Source: a virus. Taken from it: a stretch of 64,000 bases of DNA. Shown here piece by piece: positions 29,675 to 37,362 of the stretch. The stretch is taken from positions 43,198-107,197 of IMG/VR virus record IMGVR_UViG_3300041955_000884, one strand, 5' to 3'. The position numbers were made by a program, and so were the translations under genes. How positions within the stretch are numbered: the first letter of the stretch is position 1; each line of letters begins with the position of its first letter. The notes beneath the pieces are model-generated. The model was not told the DNA's origin and did not search any database. It was given only the letters and a program-made list of their open reading frames with translations.

Positions 29675-29950
29675 TCACTCGTCCTCGTCCGCTCGCTTGA
29701 GAAACACGTCGGACAGCTTCAGCGCGCAACCGCGCTGGAAGTTCACGCTGTCGTCCGGCACTGAGGAGTACTCGAGCTCCTTGTGCGGCGTCTCATAGAC
29801 GAACATGATCTGGGTGGCGCCATCCTTGAGCACCTTCTCGAGGTGGACGCGGGCCTGGACCTCGAACGGGGTCGGCTTCGGGGCACGCTTCGCCCGCGGC
29901 TTCTTCAGCGGCACCACGTTGTCCACGGCGAGCTTCGGACGGTCGTTCAC
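29675..29950 (-). CDS. Hypothetical protein
   Basis: GTG start after GGGG; DNVVPLK motif. Confidence 0.5.
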   Translation of the reverse strand: MNDRPKLAVDNVVPLKKPRAKRAPKPTPFEVQARVHLEKVLKDGATQIMFVYETPHKELEYSSVPDDSVNFQRGCALKLSDVFLKRADEDE

Positions 29951-30155
29951 GGCTGTTCGCCCCTGTCCTGCATGGCATAGGCCGACGGGCAAGCATCGCA
30001 CCGCAGGCCGCCAGGCAGCGTCCCATAGCTACCATTGCAGCAGTTGTTCCCGCACTTGCCGCAGATGACGACGCGGCCCTGGCAGACGCCGCACCAGTCC
30101 CAATAGTGCGACTGCTCCGGCCGCGTGTCCTGCGGCACGCCATTGCGGAGCCAGG

Positions 30156-30809
30156 TCACGTCACCCACTCCGCTGGCGCGATAATCTGCACCCGATGCCG
30201 CCCTACCTCGCCGTGTTCCTTGTGCCAAGTGATGGCCAGTTCCTCGTCAAGTGTCGCGTTCTTGCGGCGGTTTTCGATAGCGGGGATGATGCGCAAGTTC
30301 CAGGGAACGTGCAATCCGCAGACCGAACGACCGCGAAGCGGCACGATATGATCGACATCGTGCGGAACACCGCTTTCGGCGGTGACGCGGACGGCGTCCG
30401 CGTAAACCGCAGCGACGCTTCGACGGTCCGCCCATGGCGGCGTGGCGCGCGTCTTCTCGGCATACCGGCGAGCGCAGGCAGCGCGCGAATGTGCTGGATG
30501 GGCCTTTGCCCATGCCCGGTTCTGCGCCCGGTGCCTCTCCGGATCCAGTGCGCGCCGACGCCGAACAGCAGCACGATGCCGCTCAGGGTTCCGCGCCTGC
30601 CATTCTTTCGTCCGCTTGCGATTTGGCCCTGGGTCCGCCGTGCGGCGCGCCAGTTCCTTCAGGTCTGCGCATGCCATGCACGTCCAGTTTGAGACCTGTC
30701 GCTCGGCAATATGACCGTGCTTGCATGGCCTTCCTGTGAAGTACCTCAGCAAGCCAGCAGCCAGGGCATCTTTTCGCGTGACGATCGGGCCGGAGTATTC
30801 GTGCGTCAC
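30156..30809 (-). CDS. HNH homing endonuclease
   Basis: YFTGRPCKHGH; HDVDHIVPLRGRSVCGLHVPWNL. Confidence 0.85.
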   Translation of the reverse strand: MTHEYSGPIVTRKDALAAGLLRYFTGRPCKHGHIAERQVSNWTCMACADLKELARRTADPGPNRKRTKEWQARNPERHRAAVRRRRALDPERHRAQNRAWAKAHPAHSRAACARRYAEKTRATPPWADRRSVAAVYADAVRVTAESGVPHDVDHIVPLRGRSVCGLHVPWNLRIIPAIENRRKNATLDEELAITWHKEHGEVGRHRVQIIAPAEWVT

Positions 30810-32059
30810 GACGCCCTCGGCGTTGTAATGTTCACCCGATGGCGCCCGATCTCGCCGTGTTCCCGGTGAAAGGTGATGGCCGACATTGCCCGGCCTGGTC
30901 GAAAGCGTGCGGCGTTCCAAGCATCTCGCGCGGCCGGCGTCGAAAAGCTCTCGACCCTGACGCCGCCGATCTCATTCGCCGTTTCGTGATGAACATGGCC
31001 GTACAGAAAGTGCCTATGCTCGGTCATGCCCCAGTCCTCTGGGCGATCTGCCGCGAGCATAATGGCCATCTGCGCCGGACGAATCGTGTGCCCGTGAGTG
31101 GCGCCAAGGAGAACACGACCGAATCGATGGTACCACGCGATTCCAGGCTCCTGATGCACGGTAATCCGTTCATTCGAGCTGTAGAATAGGGCCAAGGCCA
31201 CGGTGAGGCTCATGGCGGAGTCAGGATCATGGTTTCCGGGAAGAAATGCAACCTCTACTTCCGCATGCTTCCTGGCTACCATGTCAACAAGAGCAACTGC
31301 CAGCTTTGCGCCAGCGGCGAAGACCCTAGCCCACCTGCCGTCGACGTCAAGGGCATTCCCAGATTGCGGCGTGATGGCCTTCGCATCATTCGCGTGCCAG
31401 TAGTCGCCTAGGCCCAGGATTATTGCCTTCCGACTCGGCCTGGACTGCGCGACAAGGGCGCCTACGCTGTCGACCGCCAAGGCCGCCGCGATCTTCGTGT
31501 CGTAGTCAGCCCCAGTCTCGCGGCCCCACGCAAGCATCCCGAAATGCAGGTCCGGCAGCGGATAGACCGTCAGCAAATCGTCATCCGATTCGTCCGGCGC
31601 TGGGGCGACCGGGGCTTTTCCGTCGAACTCAGCAAAGGCTGCTTTCAGTCCCGCGATGAGCCCGTCGCCGGCGCCTTCGCGGGTCTTGACCCATTTCGCC
31701 AACACGCGGCCATCGGCATCGAGCAGCGCGCTTTCGCCCTTCACTACGTGGCCAGCCGGAGCCTCGTATTCGTCGCCAGCCGCGCGCCGCGATTGGATGA
31801 ACTGCCGCGTCAGCTTCCCGAGGTCGTCGTATTGCCCACTGTTGCGGACAATCTCGAACCCTTCAGGGGGCACCGCAATCTCGGGAATGGGCGGGCCGCC
31901 GACCTCGCCACGATAGGCGTTCAGCCTAGCCCGCCGGCATCGCCTCAGAACGCACGAGCGAGTGACCCCCAGCGCCTCGCCAGCCTTCGCATAGGACCCG
32001 TATTCGCGATATGCCGCCACGGCGGCGGCGTTGTCTGCGTCTGACGAACGTGCCGTCAC
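30806..32059 (-). CDS. Calcineurin-like metallophosphoesterase with N-terminal HTH
   Basis: DLHFG, LGD, GNHD, THGH and GHVHH motifs. Confidence 0.85.
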   Translation of the reverse strand: MTARSSDADNAAAVAAYREYGSYAKAGEALGVTRSCVLRRCRRARLNAYRGEVGGPPIPEIAVPPEGFEIVRNSGQYDDLGKLTRQFIQSRRAAGDEYEAPAGHVVKGESALLDADGRVLAKWVKTREGAGDGLIAGLKAAFAEFDGKAPVAPAPDESDDDLLTVYPLPDLHFGMLAWGRETGADYDTKIAAALAVDSVGALVAQSRPSRKAIILGLGDYWHANDAKAITPQSGNALDVDGRWARVFAAGAKLAVALVDMVARKHAEVEVAFLPGNHDPDSAMSLTVALALFYSSNERITVHQEPGIAWYHRFGRVLLGATHGHTIRPAQMAIMLAADRPEDWGMTEHRHFLYGHVHHETANEIGGVRVESFSTPAARDAWNAARFRPGRAMSAITFHREHGEIGRHRVNITTPRAS

Positions 32060-32097
32060 CGGCGCCCCCAGGCAGTTGCGGGCGAGAGTTATTCACA

Positions 32098-32344
32098 GGG
32101 ACGCGATTCGTTGCAAGTGCCCATTGTGTGACGGCGGAGGGGAGTGCCGGGCTTCCACCGGCCGCCAGCCTTCCGGGCTGTCTGCGACTGCGTGGGACGA
32201 CCACGCTCACAAGGCCATCGCGGCCTGCTTGCCTGCCCACGGGACAAGACCGCCCAGGTTCCGCTCCGGTCTACCCACCGGCCGCTTCATCGGGACGCTC
32301 TTCTGGTCCCCCCACGGTCGGCCTCTCGGCCATCGACGCGTCCC
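32098..32344 (-). ncRNA. Candidate ~250-nt structured non-coding RNA
   Basis: Ends pair (GGGACGCG/CGCGTCCC) around several hairpins; promoter-like TTGCGC-N17-CATTCT upstream; no credible ORF. Confidence 0.4.
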
Positions 32345-32410
32345 CCGGCTCGGGGAATCGGCAGCGGAAGAATGCCTATAAACGTCGGCTAGCGCAAGCC
32401 CGCAGCGGCT

Positions 32411-33376
32411 TCACGGTGCTCCCGTAACACTAACCGCCTTCGTGCCGAGGAGGCGCCAAGCGCCCTGCCAGAAGGCGCAGAGCTCGAGCAGGTAGTCTCC
32501 CGCTGGCAGCGCGAACACAGCCTCGCCAGCCGTGCCGTACGCCGCGGCGTAGCTGATGCCGCTCACCGGCCTTCCGTTCCAGTAGCCCTTCCCGGCGGCG
32601 TCGAGCACGTTGACGCATGACCAGTCCCCGCCGGTGTCCGTCCAGACGAGCATCAACAGGCCGAGGATAGCGGAGCCGACGGTTATGGTTCCGGTCGGGT
32701 AGCCGAGCGCGGCCCCCACGATGGGATCCAGCGTGGCGAACATCGCCTGAGCCATCAGGTCGTAGCCGGATTGATTCGGATGGATGCCACTCCAGACGTT
32801 GAACATCTCAGAGTAGGACAGATCGGCGTGCCATGCGGCGCCCATCGCCTCCGTCTCGGCGTTGAAGTCAACGAGCGAAAGGCCAGCCGCCTGAGCGGCG
32901 CCGCGAACCATGGCCGCTTTGTCGTCGATGACGGCCGAGGCCCACGACGCATCGACCGCGTTCGGCGTCTCCAGCACGAGGCGCTTGCCAGCGGCCTGCG
33001 TGAGACGGACGATCTCGGCCAGCGGCGCCTGTACAGCCGCCGGCTCGTCGTTCATGCCGAGCGACAGCAGGACGACCGAGGCTGGAGTCGCGGCGACATA
33101 TGCCAGCCAGGAGTTCGCCACGCCGCCGGTGCCATCGAGCCAGTTCTGGAAAGTCGTTCCCGATACCCCGTTGTTGTTGACGACCACCAGCGGCCCGTAT
33201 TTCGCCTGGAGAAGCGCCCCAAGACCAGCCGGTGCTGGCGTCGCCACGACCGAGGAAACCGTGCCGTCGGCGCCGGGGGCCGGACCCGTGCTGGCGCCGT
33301 CGAACGTCAGCCCGAAAACCGTGCTGTCGCCATTGACGTCAACGACGAGGGGACTCGATGCGCTAGATTCGGTCAC
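32411..33376 (-). CDS. SGNH/GDSL hydrolase
   Basis: GDST, GVSG, GMND and GIHPNQSGY blocks. Confidence 0.8.
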   Translation of the reverse strand: MTESSASSPLVVDVNGDSTVFGLTFDGASTGPAPGADGTVSSVVATPAPAGLGALLQAKYGPLVVVNNNGVSGTTFQNWLDGTGGVANSWLAYVAATPASVVLLSLGMNDEPAAVQAPLAEIVRLTQAAGKRLVLETPNAVDASWASAVIDDKAAMVRGAAQAAGLSLVDFNAETEAMGAAWHADLSYSEMFNVWSGIHPNQSGYDLMAQAMFATLDPIVGAALGYPTGTITVGSAILGLLMLVWTDTGGDWSCVNVLDAAGKGYWNGRPVSGISYAAAYGTAGEAVFALPAGDYLLELCAFWQGAWRLLGTKAVSVTGAP

Positions 33377-33978
33377 GGAGCCAACTCCACGTTGTGATAC
33401 AGCCACGAAGCAAAATCCGCGCGTGTCTCGCTGTCAAGGAACTCCAGCCCGGCCCTGAGCAGCTCCGCCGTCGTCGGCTGCCGCGGCGGCTTCAGCGGCC
33501 GCAGGGGGGTGCCCTTCTTGCCGGAGTAGTTCGCTGGCCGGTCACGCTTCTCGACGTTGCACCTCACGCAGCAGCTCAGGATGTTGTCCCACACCGTCTG
33601 GCCGCCAGCCGCCCGCGGGATAACGTGGTCAAACGTCAGATCCTCGCTCTGGAACCGCTCGCCGCAGTACTGGCAGCGGTAGCGGTCCCGGAGGAGGATG
33701 GAGCGGCGACAGAACTTCGGCGCCGCATTGATTGGCGCGTACGACCGGAGCGCCACCACCTTCGGCACATGAATCGTGGTCGACGGCGAGCGGAACACCT
33801 CCGGCCACTCGTCCACGACGGTCACCGTCTCCTTGAAGACGGCGCGGATGGCTTCCTCGGGGCCGATAAGCGAGAGCGGCCAGGTACTTAACGGCCGAAA
33901 GTCGCTGTTCAGCACGAGACAGCGGCGCGCGTGGCGGTCGCGTCTATCAGGCTCAGCAGTGGCGACGGCGGTGCTCAT
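33373..33978 (-). CDS. HNH endonuclease (McrA-like) directly after the tRNA array
   Basis: LVLNSDFRPL, RDRYRCQYCG, LTFDHVIPRAAGG, CVRCNVEK. Confidence 0.9.
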   Translation of the reverse strand: MSTAVATAEPDRRDRHARRCLVLNSDFRPLSTWPLSLIGPEEAIRAVFKETVTVVDEWPEVFRSPSTTIHVPKVVALRSYAPINAAPKFCRRSILLRDRYRCQYCGERFQSEDLTFDHVIPRAAGGQTVWDNILSCCVRCNVEKRDRPANYSGKKGTPLRPLKPPRQPTTAELLRAGLEFLDSETRADFASWLYHNVELAP

Positions 33979-33989
33979 GCGCGGCCTCA

Positions 33990-34006
33990 GCGGCGAATAC
34001 GTCCAC
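33990..34006. repeat. Downstream arm of the inverted repeat bracketing the tRNA array
   Basis: GCGGCGAATACGTCCAC, complementary to 39644..39660 (12-bp perfect core). Confidence 0.75.
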
Positions 34007-34018
34007 TATCGCACGGAA

Positions 34019-34093
34019 TGGTGCTCTCGGGCAAGAATCGAACTGCCGTTTACCGCTTACGAGGCGGTAGTCCTGCCACTGAACGACGAGAGC
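34019..34093 (-). tRNA. tRNA-Thr(CGT)
   Basis: Acceptor GCTCTCG/CGAGAGC, loop CTCGTAA, encoded CCA. Confidence 0.92.
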
Positions 34094-34096
34094 GTA

Positions 34097-34125
34097 TTGA
34101 GCCGGTTAACTGGCTGCGTTATACT
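34097..34125 (+). promoter_or_regulatory. Sigma70-like promoter for the antisense HNH gene (leaderless)
   Basis: TTGAGC-N17-TATACT, 6 nt before the ATG at 34132. Confidence 0.6.
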
Positions 34126-34131
34126 GCGCCT

Positions 34132-34575
34132 ATGCCCCACCGCACCAAAGAAGAAAATGTCGCTGGCGTCCTAGCATGGCGGCGCCGCGCGAAGCTGCGA
34201 CTTATCGAGGCGTTCGGTGGCGGCTGCGGCATATGCGGATATAACCGCTGCGCCGCTAACATGGCGTTCCATCATCTTGATCCGTCTCAGAAGGGCGTCG
34301 GATTTGGAAGCGCTCAGTCTCGCTCCTGGGCGAAAGTGATACACGAGGTCAGAAAGTGCGTGATGCTGTGCCACAACTGCCACGGCGAATATCATGCCGG
34401 CCTTATCACTGACCTTTCCGCTTGCCCGCGCTTCGATGAAACGTGCGCCACCTACAGCACCCGACCAACGAAAGGGAAGACGCGGAGAACTGGAGGATTG
34501 GGAGGGAATCGAACCCGTCCTATGACGCAGATTAAGAGCCTGCCGGCCTCACCAGAGTGCCAACCAATCCGCTAG
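34132..34575 (+). CDS. HNH endonuclease inserted antisense in the tRNA array
   Basis: GGGCGICGY...FHHLDP...CVMLCHNCHGEYH. Confidence 0.85.
   Translation: MPHRTKEENVAGVLAWRRRAKLRLIEAFGGGCGICGYNRCAANMAFHHLDPSQKGVGFGSAQSRSWAKVIHEVRKCVMLCHNCHGEYHAGLITDLSACPRFDETCATYSTRPTKGKTRRTGGLGGNRTRPMTQIKSLPASPECQPIR
34491..34570 (-). tRNA. tRNA-Lys(CTT)
   Basis: GGATTGG/CCAATCC, loop CTCTTAA, U73, CCA. Confidence 0.85.
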
Positions 34576-34652
34576 TGGTGCATGTCCCGAGATTCGAACT
34601 CGGCCTGTGCGGGATTTGAAGCCGCCGCCTCCTGCCTCTGGGCTAGACATGC
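34576..34652 (-). tRNA. tRNA-Leu(CAA), short variable loop
   Basis: GCATGTC/GACATGC, stem GCGGC/CCCGC, loop TTCAAAT, A73, CCA. Confidence 0.7.
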
Positions 34653-34656
34653 GAAC

Positions 34657-34728
34657 TGGCCTCGCCGCCCGGATTCGAACCGGGAAGCCCAACCTTCGGA
34701 GGGTCGGGTGCAGTCCATTGCCGGCGAG
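34657..34728 (-). tRNA. tRNA-Arg(CCG), atypical compact fold
   Basis: CTCGCCG/CGGCGAG, 7-bp anticodon stem, loop CTCCGAA, CCA. Confidence 0.8.
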
Positions 34729-34732
34729 AAAC

Positions 34733-34803
34733 TGGTGCCCCGTGCAGGGATTCAACCTGCCGTCTTTGGCTTAGAACGCCTAGGCCGTCGCAGCGGACGG
34801 GGC
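34733..34803 (-). tRNA. tRNA-Arg(TCT), atypical compact fold
   Basis: GCCCCGT/ACGGGGC, loop GTTCTAA, CCA. Confidence 0.75.
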
Positions 34804-34808
34804 GAGCA

Positions 34809-34881
34809 TGGACCTCCCGGGACGAATCGGACGCCCTCATCGAGTTTCGTAGACTCAAGTCCGCAATCCAGCGGCGGGAGG
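34809..34881 (-). tRNA. tRNA-Arg(ACG), atypical compact fold
   Basis: CCTCCCG/CGGGAGG, 6-bp anticodon stem, loop CTACGAA, CCA. Confidence 0.8.
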
Positions 34882-34885
34882 AATT

Positions 34886-34960
34886 TGGGGGCGCGTGCGG
34901 GGGTCGAACCCGCCTCTCTCGGGTGAAGGCCGAGGCATCTCGCCGGAAATGTAACGCGCC
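34886..34960 (-). tRNA. tRNA-Glu(TTC), C33
   Basis: GGCGCGT/ACGCGCC, loop CCTTCAC, CCA. Confidence 0.85.
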
Positions 34961-34965
34961 GAAGT

Positions 34966-35040
34966 TGGTGGAGCTGACCGAAGTCGAATCGGTGTTACGA
35001 GACTGCCAGCCTCGCGTCCTTGCCACTGAACGACAGCCCC
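34966..35040 (-). tRNA. tRNA-Ala(GGC)
   Basis: G3:U70 present, loop CTGGCAG, CCA. Confidence 0.92.
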
Positions 35041-35115
35041 GAAGCTGTGGTCGGCGTTTGATGCCTATATCCGCCGACACGCCCCATACATGGCAAGGGC
35101 GGCGCCTCGTCAAAC

Positions 35116-35190
35116 TGGTGAAGGGCGTTGGAATCGAACCAACCGTCTCCGCCATGTCAAGGCGGTGCTCATCCGATAAGCTGGCCCTCC
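35116..35190 (-). tRNA. tRNA-Val(GAC)
   Basis: GGAGGGC/GCCCTTC, loop TTGACAT, CCA. Confidence 0.92.
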
Positions 35191-35262
35191 GTACCTCGCC
35201 GTCGAATCGAACGACGGTATCCGCGGTGTGAACGCGGCGCCCTGCCATTGAGCGAGCGAGGC
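35191..35262 (-). tRNA. tRNA-Val(CAC), CCA not fully encoded
   Basis: GCCTCGC/GCGAGGT, loop TTCACAC; ends A-C and abuts the next tRNA. Confidence 0.88.
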
Positions 35263-35266
35263 AAAG

Positions 35267-35341
35267 TGGTCGGGGATGCAGGAATTGAACCTGCGTCGCC
35301 GCCTTCCAAGGGCGGAACCTGGGCCACTAGGCTAATCCCCG
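35267..35341 (-). tRNA. tRNA-Pro(TGG)
   Basis: C1:G72, A73, loop CTTGGAA, CCA. Confidence 0.9.
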
Positions 35342-35345
35342 TAGA

Positions 35346-35416
35346 TGGCGCCCCCGGCTGAAATCGAATCAGCATTCCTTGGCTTAGGAAGCCAGGGCCG
35401 CTCCATCGGCGGGGGC
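35346..35416 (-). tRNA. tRNA-Arg(CCT), atypical compact fold
   Basis: GCCCCCG/CGGGGGC, loop TTCCTAA, CCA. Confidence 0.8.
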
Positions 35417-35420
35417 AATC

Positions 35421-35498
35421 TGGTCAGCGTGCGGTGATTCGAACACCGGCTCTCGTGCGCCCGAGGCACGCGCTTTGGCCTGGCTAAGCTACACGCTG
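35421..35498 (-). tRNA. tRNA-Pro(CGG)
   Basis: CAGCGTG/CACGCTG, loop CTCGGGC, CCA. Confidence 0.92.
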
Positions 35499-35505
35499 TC
35501 GAAGC

Positions 35506-35581
35506 TGGCGCCCCAGACGGGTTCCGACCCCGCCAACATCGGCTTGACAAGCCGAGACCCCCGCCAGGGAGAATCTGGGGC
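35506..35581 (-). tRNA. tRNA-Asp(GTC)
   Basis: GCCCCAG/CTGGGGC, G73, loop TTGTCAA, T-loop GTCGGAA. Confidence 0.8.
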
Positions 35582-35585
35582 AATC

Positions 35586-35667
35586 TGGAGGACGGCGGAG
35601 GTGACGATCCCCTTGCGGCCGGATTAAAGGTCCGGTCCAGCGCCTCGCTGGTATACGCTCGCCGTCC
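35586..35667 (-). tRNA. tRNA-Lys(TTT), divergent (C33, enlarged D region)
   Basis: GGACGGC/GCCGTCC, stem CCGGA/TCCGG, loop CCTTTAA, T-loop ATCGTCA, CCA. Confidence 0.7.
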
Positions 35668-35672
35668 GAAAG

Positions 35673-35747
35673 TGGTTGCCGCACGCGGTACTGCCCCGCG
35701 AGCCTCTCGCTTATCGGGCGAGCGCACGACTTTCATGCTCTACGGCA
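35673..35747 (-). tRNA. tRNA-Ile(GAT), C33
   Basis: TGCCGTA/TGCGGCA, loop CCGATAA, T-loop GGCAGTA, CCA. Confidence 0.82.
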
Positions 35748-35748
35748 A

Positions 35749-35833
35749 TGGTGAGTTGGTGTGGTGCTGCCCCACGCGCCCGAAGGCGAAGGATTTACAG
35801 TCCTCCTGCCGGAGCTGCCGGCTTTACCAACCC
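35749..35833 (-). tRNA. tRNA-Tyr(GTA)
   Basis: Loop CTGTAAA, variable arm GCC-TTCG-GGC, T-loop GGCAGCA, CCA. Confidence 0.85.
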
Positions 35834-35839
35834 GTGAAC

Positions 35840-35910
35840 TGGAGCCGCGTCTCGGTGTTGCGCCGAGCCTCCGTCCATACCAAGGACGGGTGCAGACTGC
35901 TGCGCGCGGC
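35840..35910 (-). tRNA. tRNA-Thr(GGT), compact fold
   Basis: 6-bp stem CCGTCC/GGACGG, loop TTGGTAT, D arm GCAG-CAGT-CTGC, CCA. Confidence 0.78.
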
Positions 35911-35913
35911 AGA

Positions 35914-36001
35914 TGGTGGAAGGCCCCGAGCACGATTCGGACACCTTTCGGTGCGCACGGTTTAGCAGACCGGCCCCGCAACCTTACGGGCTGTGCCTTC
36001 C
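35914..36001 (-). tRNA. tRNA-Ser(GCT)
   Basis: GGAAGGC/GCCTTCC, loop CTGCTAA, long variable arm, CCA. Confidence 0.85.
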
Positions 36002-36007
36002 AGAAAG

Positions 36008-36097
36008 TGGCGGACGGCGGCTAGTGCTGCCCTGCAAACCCGTTGGGGTCTCATCGGTTTTCGAGGCCGAGCCGCAGACTGCTGCGGGTCACCGTCC
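36008..36097 (-). tRNA. tRNA-Ser(CGA), 8/4 fold
   Basis: 8-bp acceptor GGACGGTG/CGCCGTCC, loop CTCGAAA, long variable arm, G73, CCA. Confidence 0.82.
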
Positions 36098-36209
36098 ATG
36101 TGCGCTCCAGCGCACTGTATCGCGGCTAATGTGCTCTTGAGAGCCGATTTTGCGGGCGCCGCATTCGCTGCGGTCGTTCAAGACTGGAGGCGGAGGCCAG
36201 CCCCCATAG

Positions 36210-36297
36210 TGGCGGAGAGCGGGCGCGCACGATGCCCATGCCTTGCGGCACCAGCCGGGTTCAAACCGGCGGTCGGAACCTTCCGACTTCACTCTCC
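36210..36297 (-). tRNA. tRNA-Ser(TGA), 8/4 fold
   Basis: 8-bp acceptor GGAGAGTG/CGCTCTCC, loop TTTGAAC, long variable arm, G73, CCA. Confidence 0.85.
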
Positions 36298-36301
36298 GTA
36301 A

Positions 36302-36389
36302 TGGCGGGCGGCGGGCGCAGTCGAAGCCCTGGCCTTTCGGCCTCATCGCGCTTCCAACGCGAGCCGGCGACCCCGCCGGTTCACCGCCC
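36302..36389 (-). tRNA. tRNA-Ser(GGA), 8/4 fold
   Basis: 8-bp acceptor GGGCGGTG/CGCCGCCC, loop TTGGAAG, long variable arm, G73, CCA. Confidence 0.85.
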
Positions 36390-36393
36390 AAAC

Positions 36394-36478
36394 TGGTAGC
36401 CCACGAAGGAGTTGCACCCTCACGCCGCGATGGCACGAGTTCCTAAGACTCGCGTGTCTGCTGTTCCACCAGTGGGCC
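36394..36478 (-). tRNA. tRNA-Leu(TAG)
   Basis: Loop CTTAGGA, long variable arm, A73, CCA. Confidence 0.9.
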
Positions 36479-36483
36479 TAACT

Positions 36484-36567
36484 TGGTACGCCCGGGGAGA
36501 GTTGCACTCCCACGTCATGCGACACAACGCCCTCAACGTTGCGCGTCTGCTGTTCCGCCACGGGCGC
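36484..36567 (-). tRNA. tRNA-Leu(GAG)
   Basis: Loop TTGAGGG, long variable arm, A73, CCA. Confidence 0.9.
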
Positions 36568-36568
36568 T

Positions 36569-37078
36569 CTATTTCGGTGCTGGCCAAATGTCGGCCAGGG
36601 TCGGACGACGCTCGCCGAGGACGAGCGACAGCCTGGATTTCGAGTGCGCTGGCGCTAGGCGGTCGAGCCGTTGCGCAGGCTGGGGCACATTGGCCAACGT
36701 CGCCTCCGAGATCGGCTCGGCATATTGGCCAATCTTGTGCAGGCCCCAGGACGCCGCGACGTGGAATTCGGGCTTGCGGGAGCCAGACGGACCCGGCTTC
36801 GCCACTGCTCTGACGCACGCCACCGCGCCCCAGCAGTGGCCGCAGGCGGCGCGGAGGTTGTTGCAGTGCCCGCAGACGAGGTGGTGCATTCTCGTGCCCG
36901 TGGGATACTCGTAGCGCCTCGTGCGCGGCAGGATGTGGTCCCGCGTGGCGCTCCGCTTGGCGTGGCCCTCGGGCAGCATCGGGTCGCCGCACTGGGGGCA
37001 GCAGACGGTCTCGCCCATCGCCTTCGCGAGGTCGAACAGGAGCAGCTTCCTCTTCGTGAAGCCCTGCGGCGCGCTCAT
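36569..37078 (-). CDS. HNH-like endonuclease within the tRNA array
   Basis: CPQCG...ATRDHILPR...VCGHCNNLR; leaderless promoter TTGCCT-N16-TAGGCT upstream. Confidence 0.75.
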   Translation of the reverse strand: MSAPQGFTKRKLLLFDLAKAMGETVCCPQCGDPMLPEGHAKRSATRDHILPRTRRYEYPTGTRMHHLVCGHCNNLRAACGHCWGAVACVRAVAKPGPSGSRKPEFHVAASWGLHKIGQYAEPISEATLANVPQPAQRLDRLAPAHSKSRLSLVLGERRPTLADIWPAPK

Positions 37079-37116
37079 GGCGGAAGCCTACCACGCTCGG
37101 CGCCGGAGGCAAGATG

Positions 37117-37200
37117 TGGTGCCGGCGGCAGGCATCGAACCTGCACGCTGCGCGCGGCCCGGTTTAAGCGGGCTGGGTCTACCGATTCCCCCACGCCGGC
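37117..37200 (-). tRNA. tRNA-Leu(TAA)
   Basis: GCCGGCG/CGCCGGC, loop CTTAAAC, long variable arm, CCA. Confidence 0.9.
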
Positions 37201-37203
37201 GAT

Positions 37204-37278
37204 TGGTGGCGCTAGGGGGATTTGAACCCGCCCTTTCCCGGTTGAGAGCCGAGCGGCCTGCCAATAGCCGATAGCGCC
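37204..37278 (-). tRNA. tRNA-Glu(CTC)
   Basis: GGCGCTA/TAGCGCC, loop CTCTCAA, CCA. Confidence 0.9.
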
Positions 37279-37282
37279 GAAA

Positions 37283-37357
37283 TGGAAGCGGGTGCCCGAC
37301 TCGAACGAGCGTGAAGGAGGTCAAAGCTCCCCGTCCTGGCCGCTGAACGAACCCGCC
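37283..37357 (-). tRNA. tRNA-Gln(TTG)
   Basis: G1:U72 weak first pair, loop CTTTGAC, CCA. Confidence 0.88.
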
Positions 37358-37362
37358 GCGAT

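Noticed and set aside
34576-34652. Possible UCA-anticodon (Sec/opal suppressor) tRNA from CTTCAAA
   Set aside because: The stem pairs only in the register that gives loop TTCAAAT (CAA). Thr(TGT) shows the same C31/C39 mismatch, and there is no Sec-type long arm.
36575-36770. Long hairpins with three TGGCCA palindromes in the 3' half of the HNH ORF
   Set aside because: They lie inside an open frame with a protein-like C-terminus; self-complementary words and high GC can explain the pairing.
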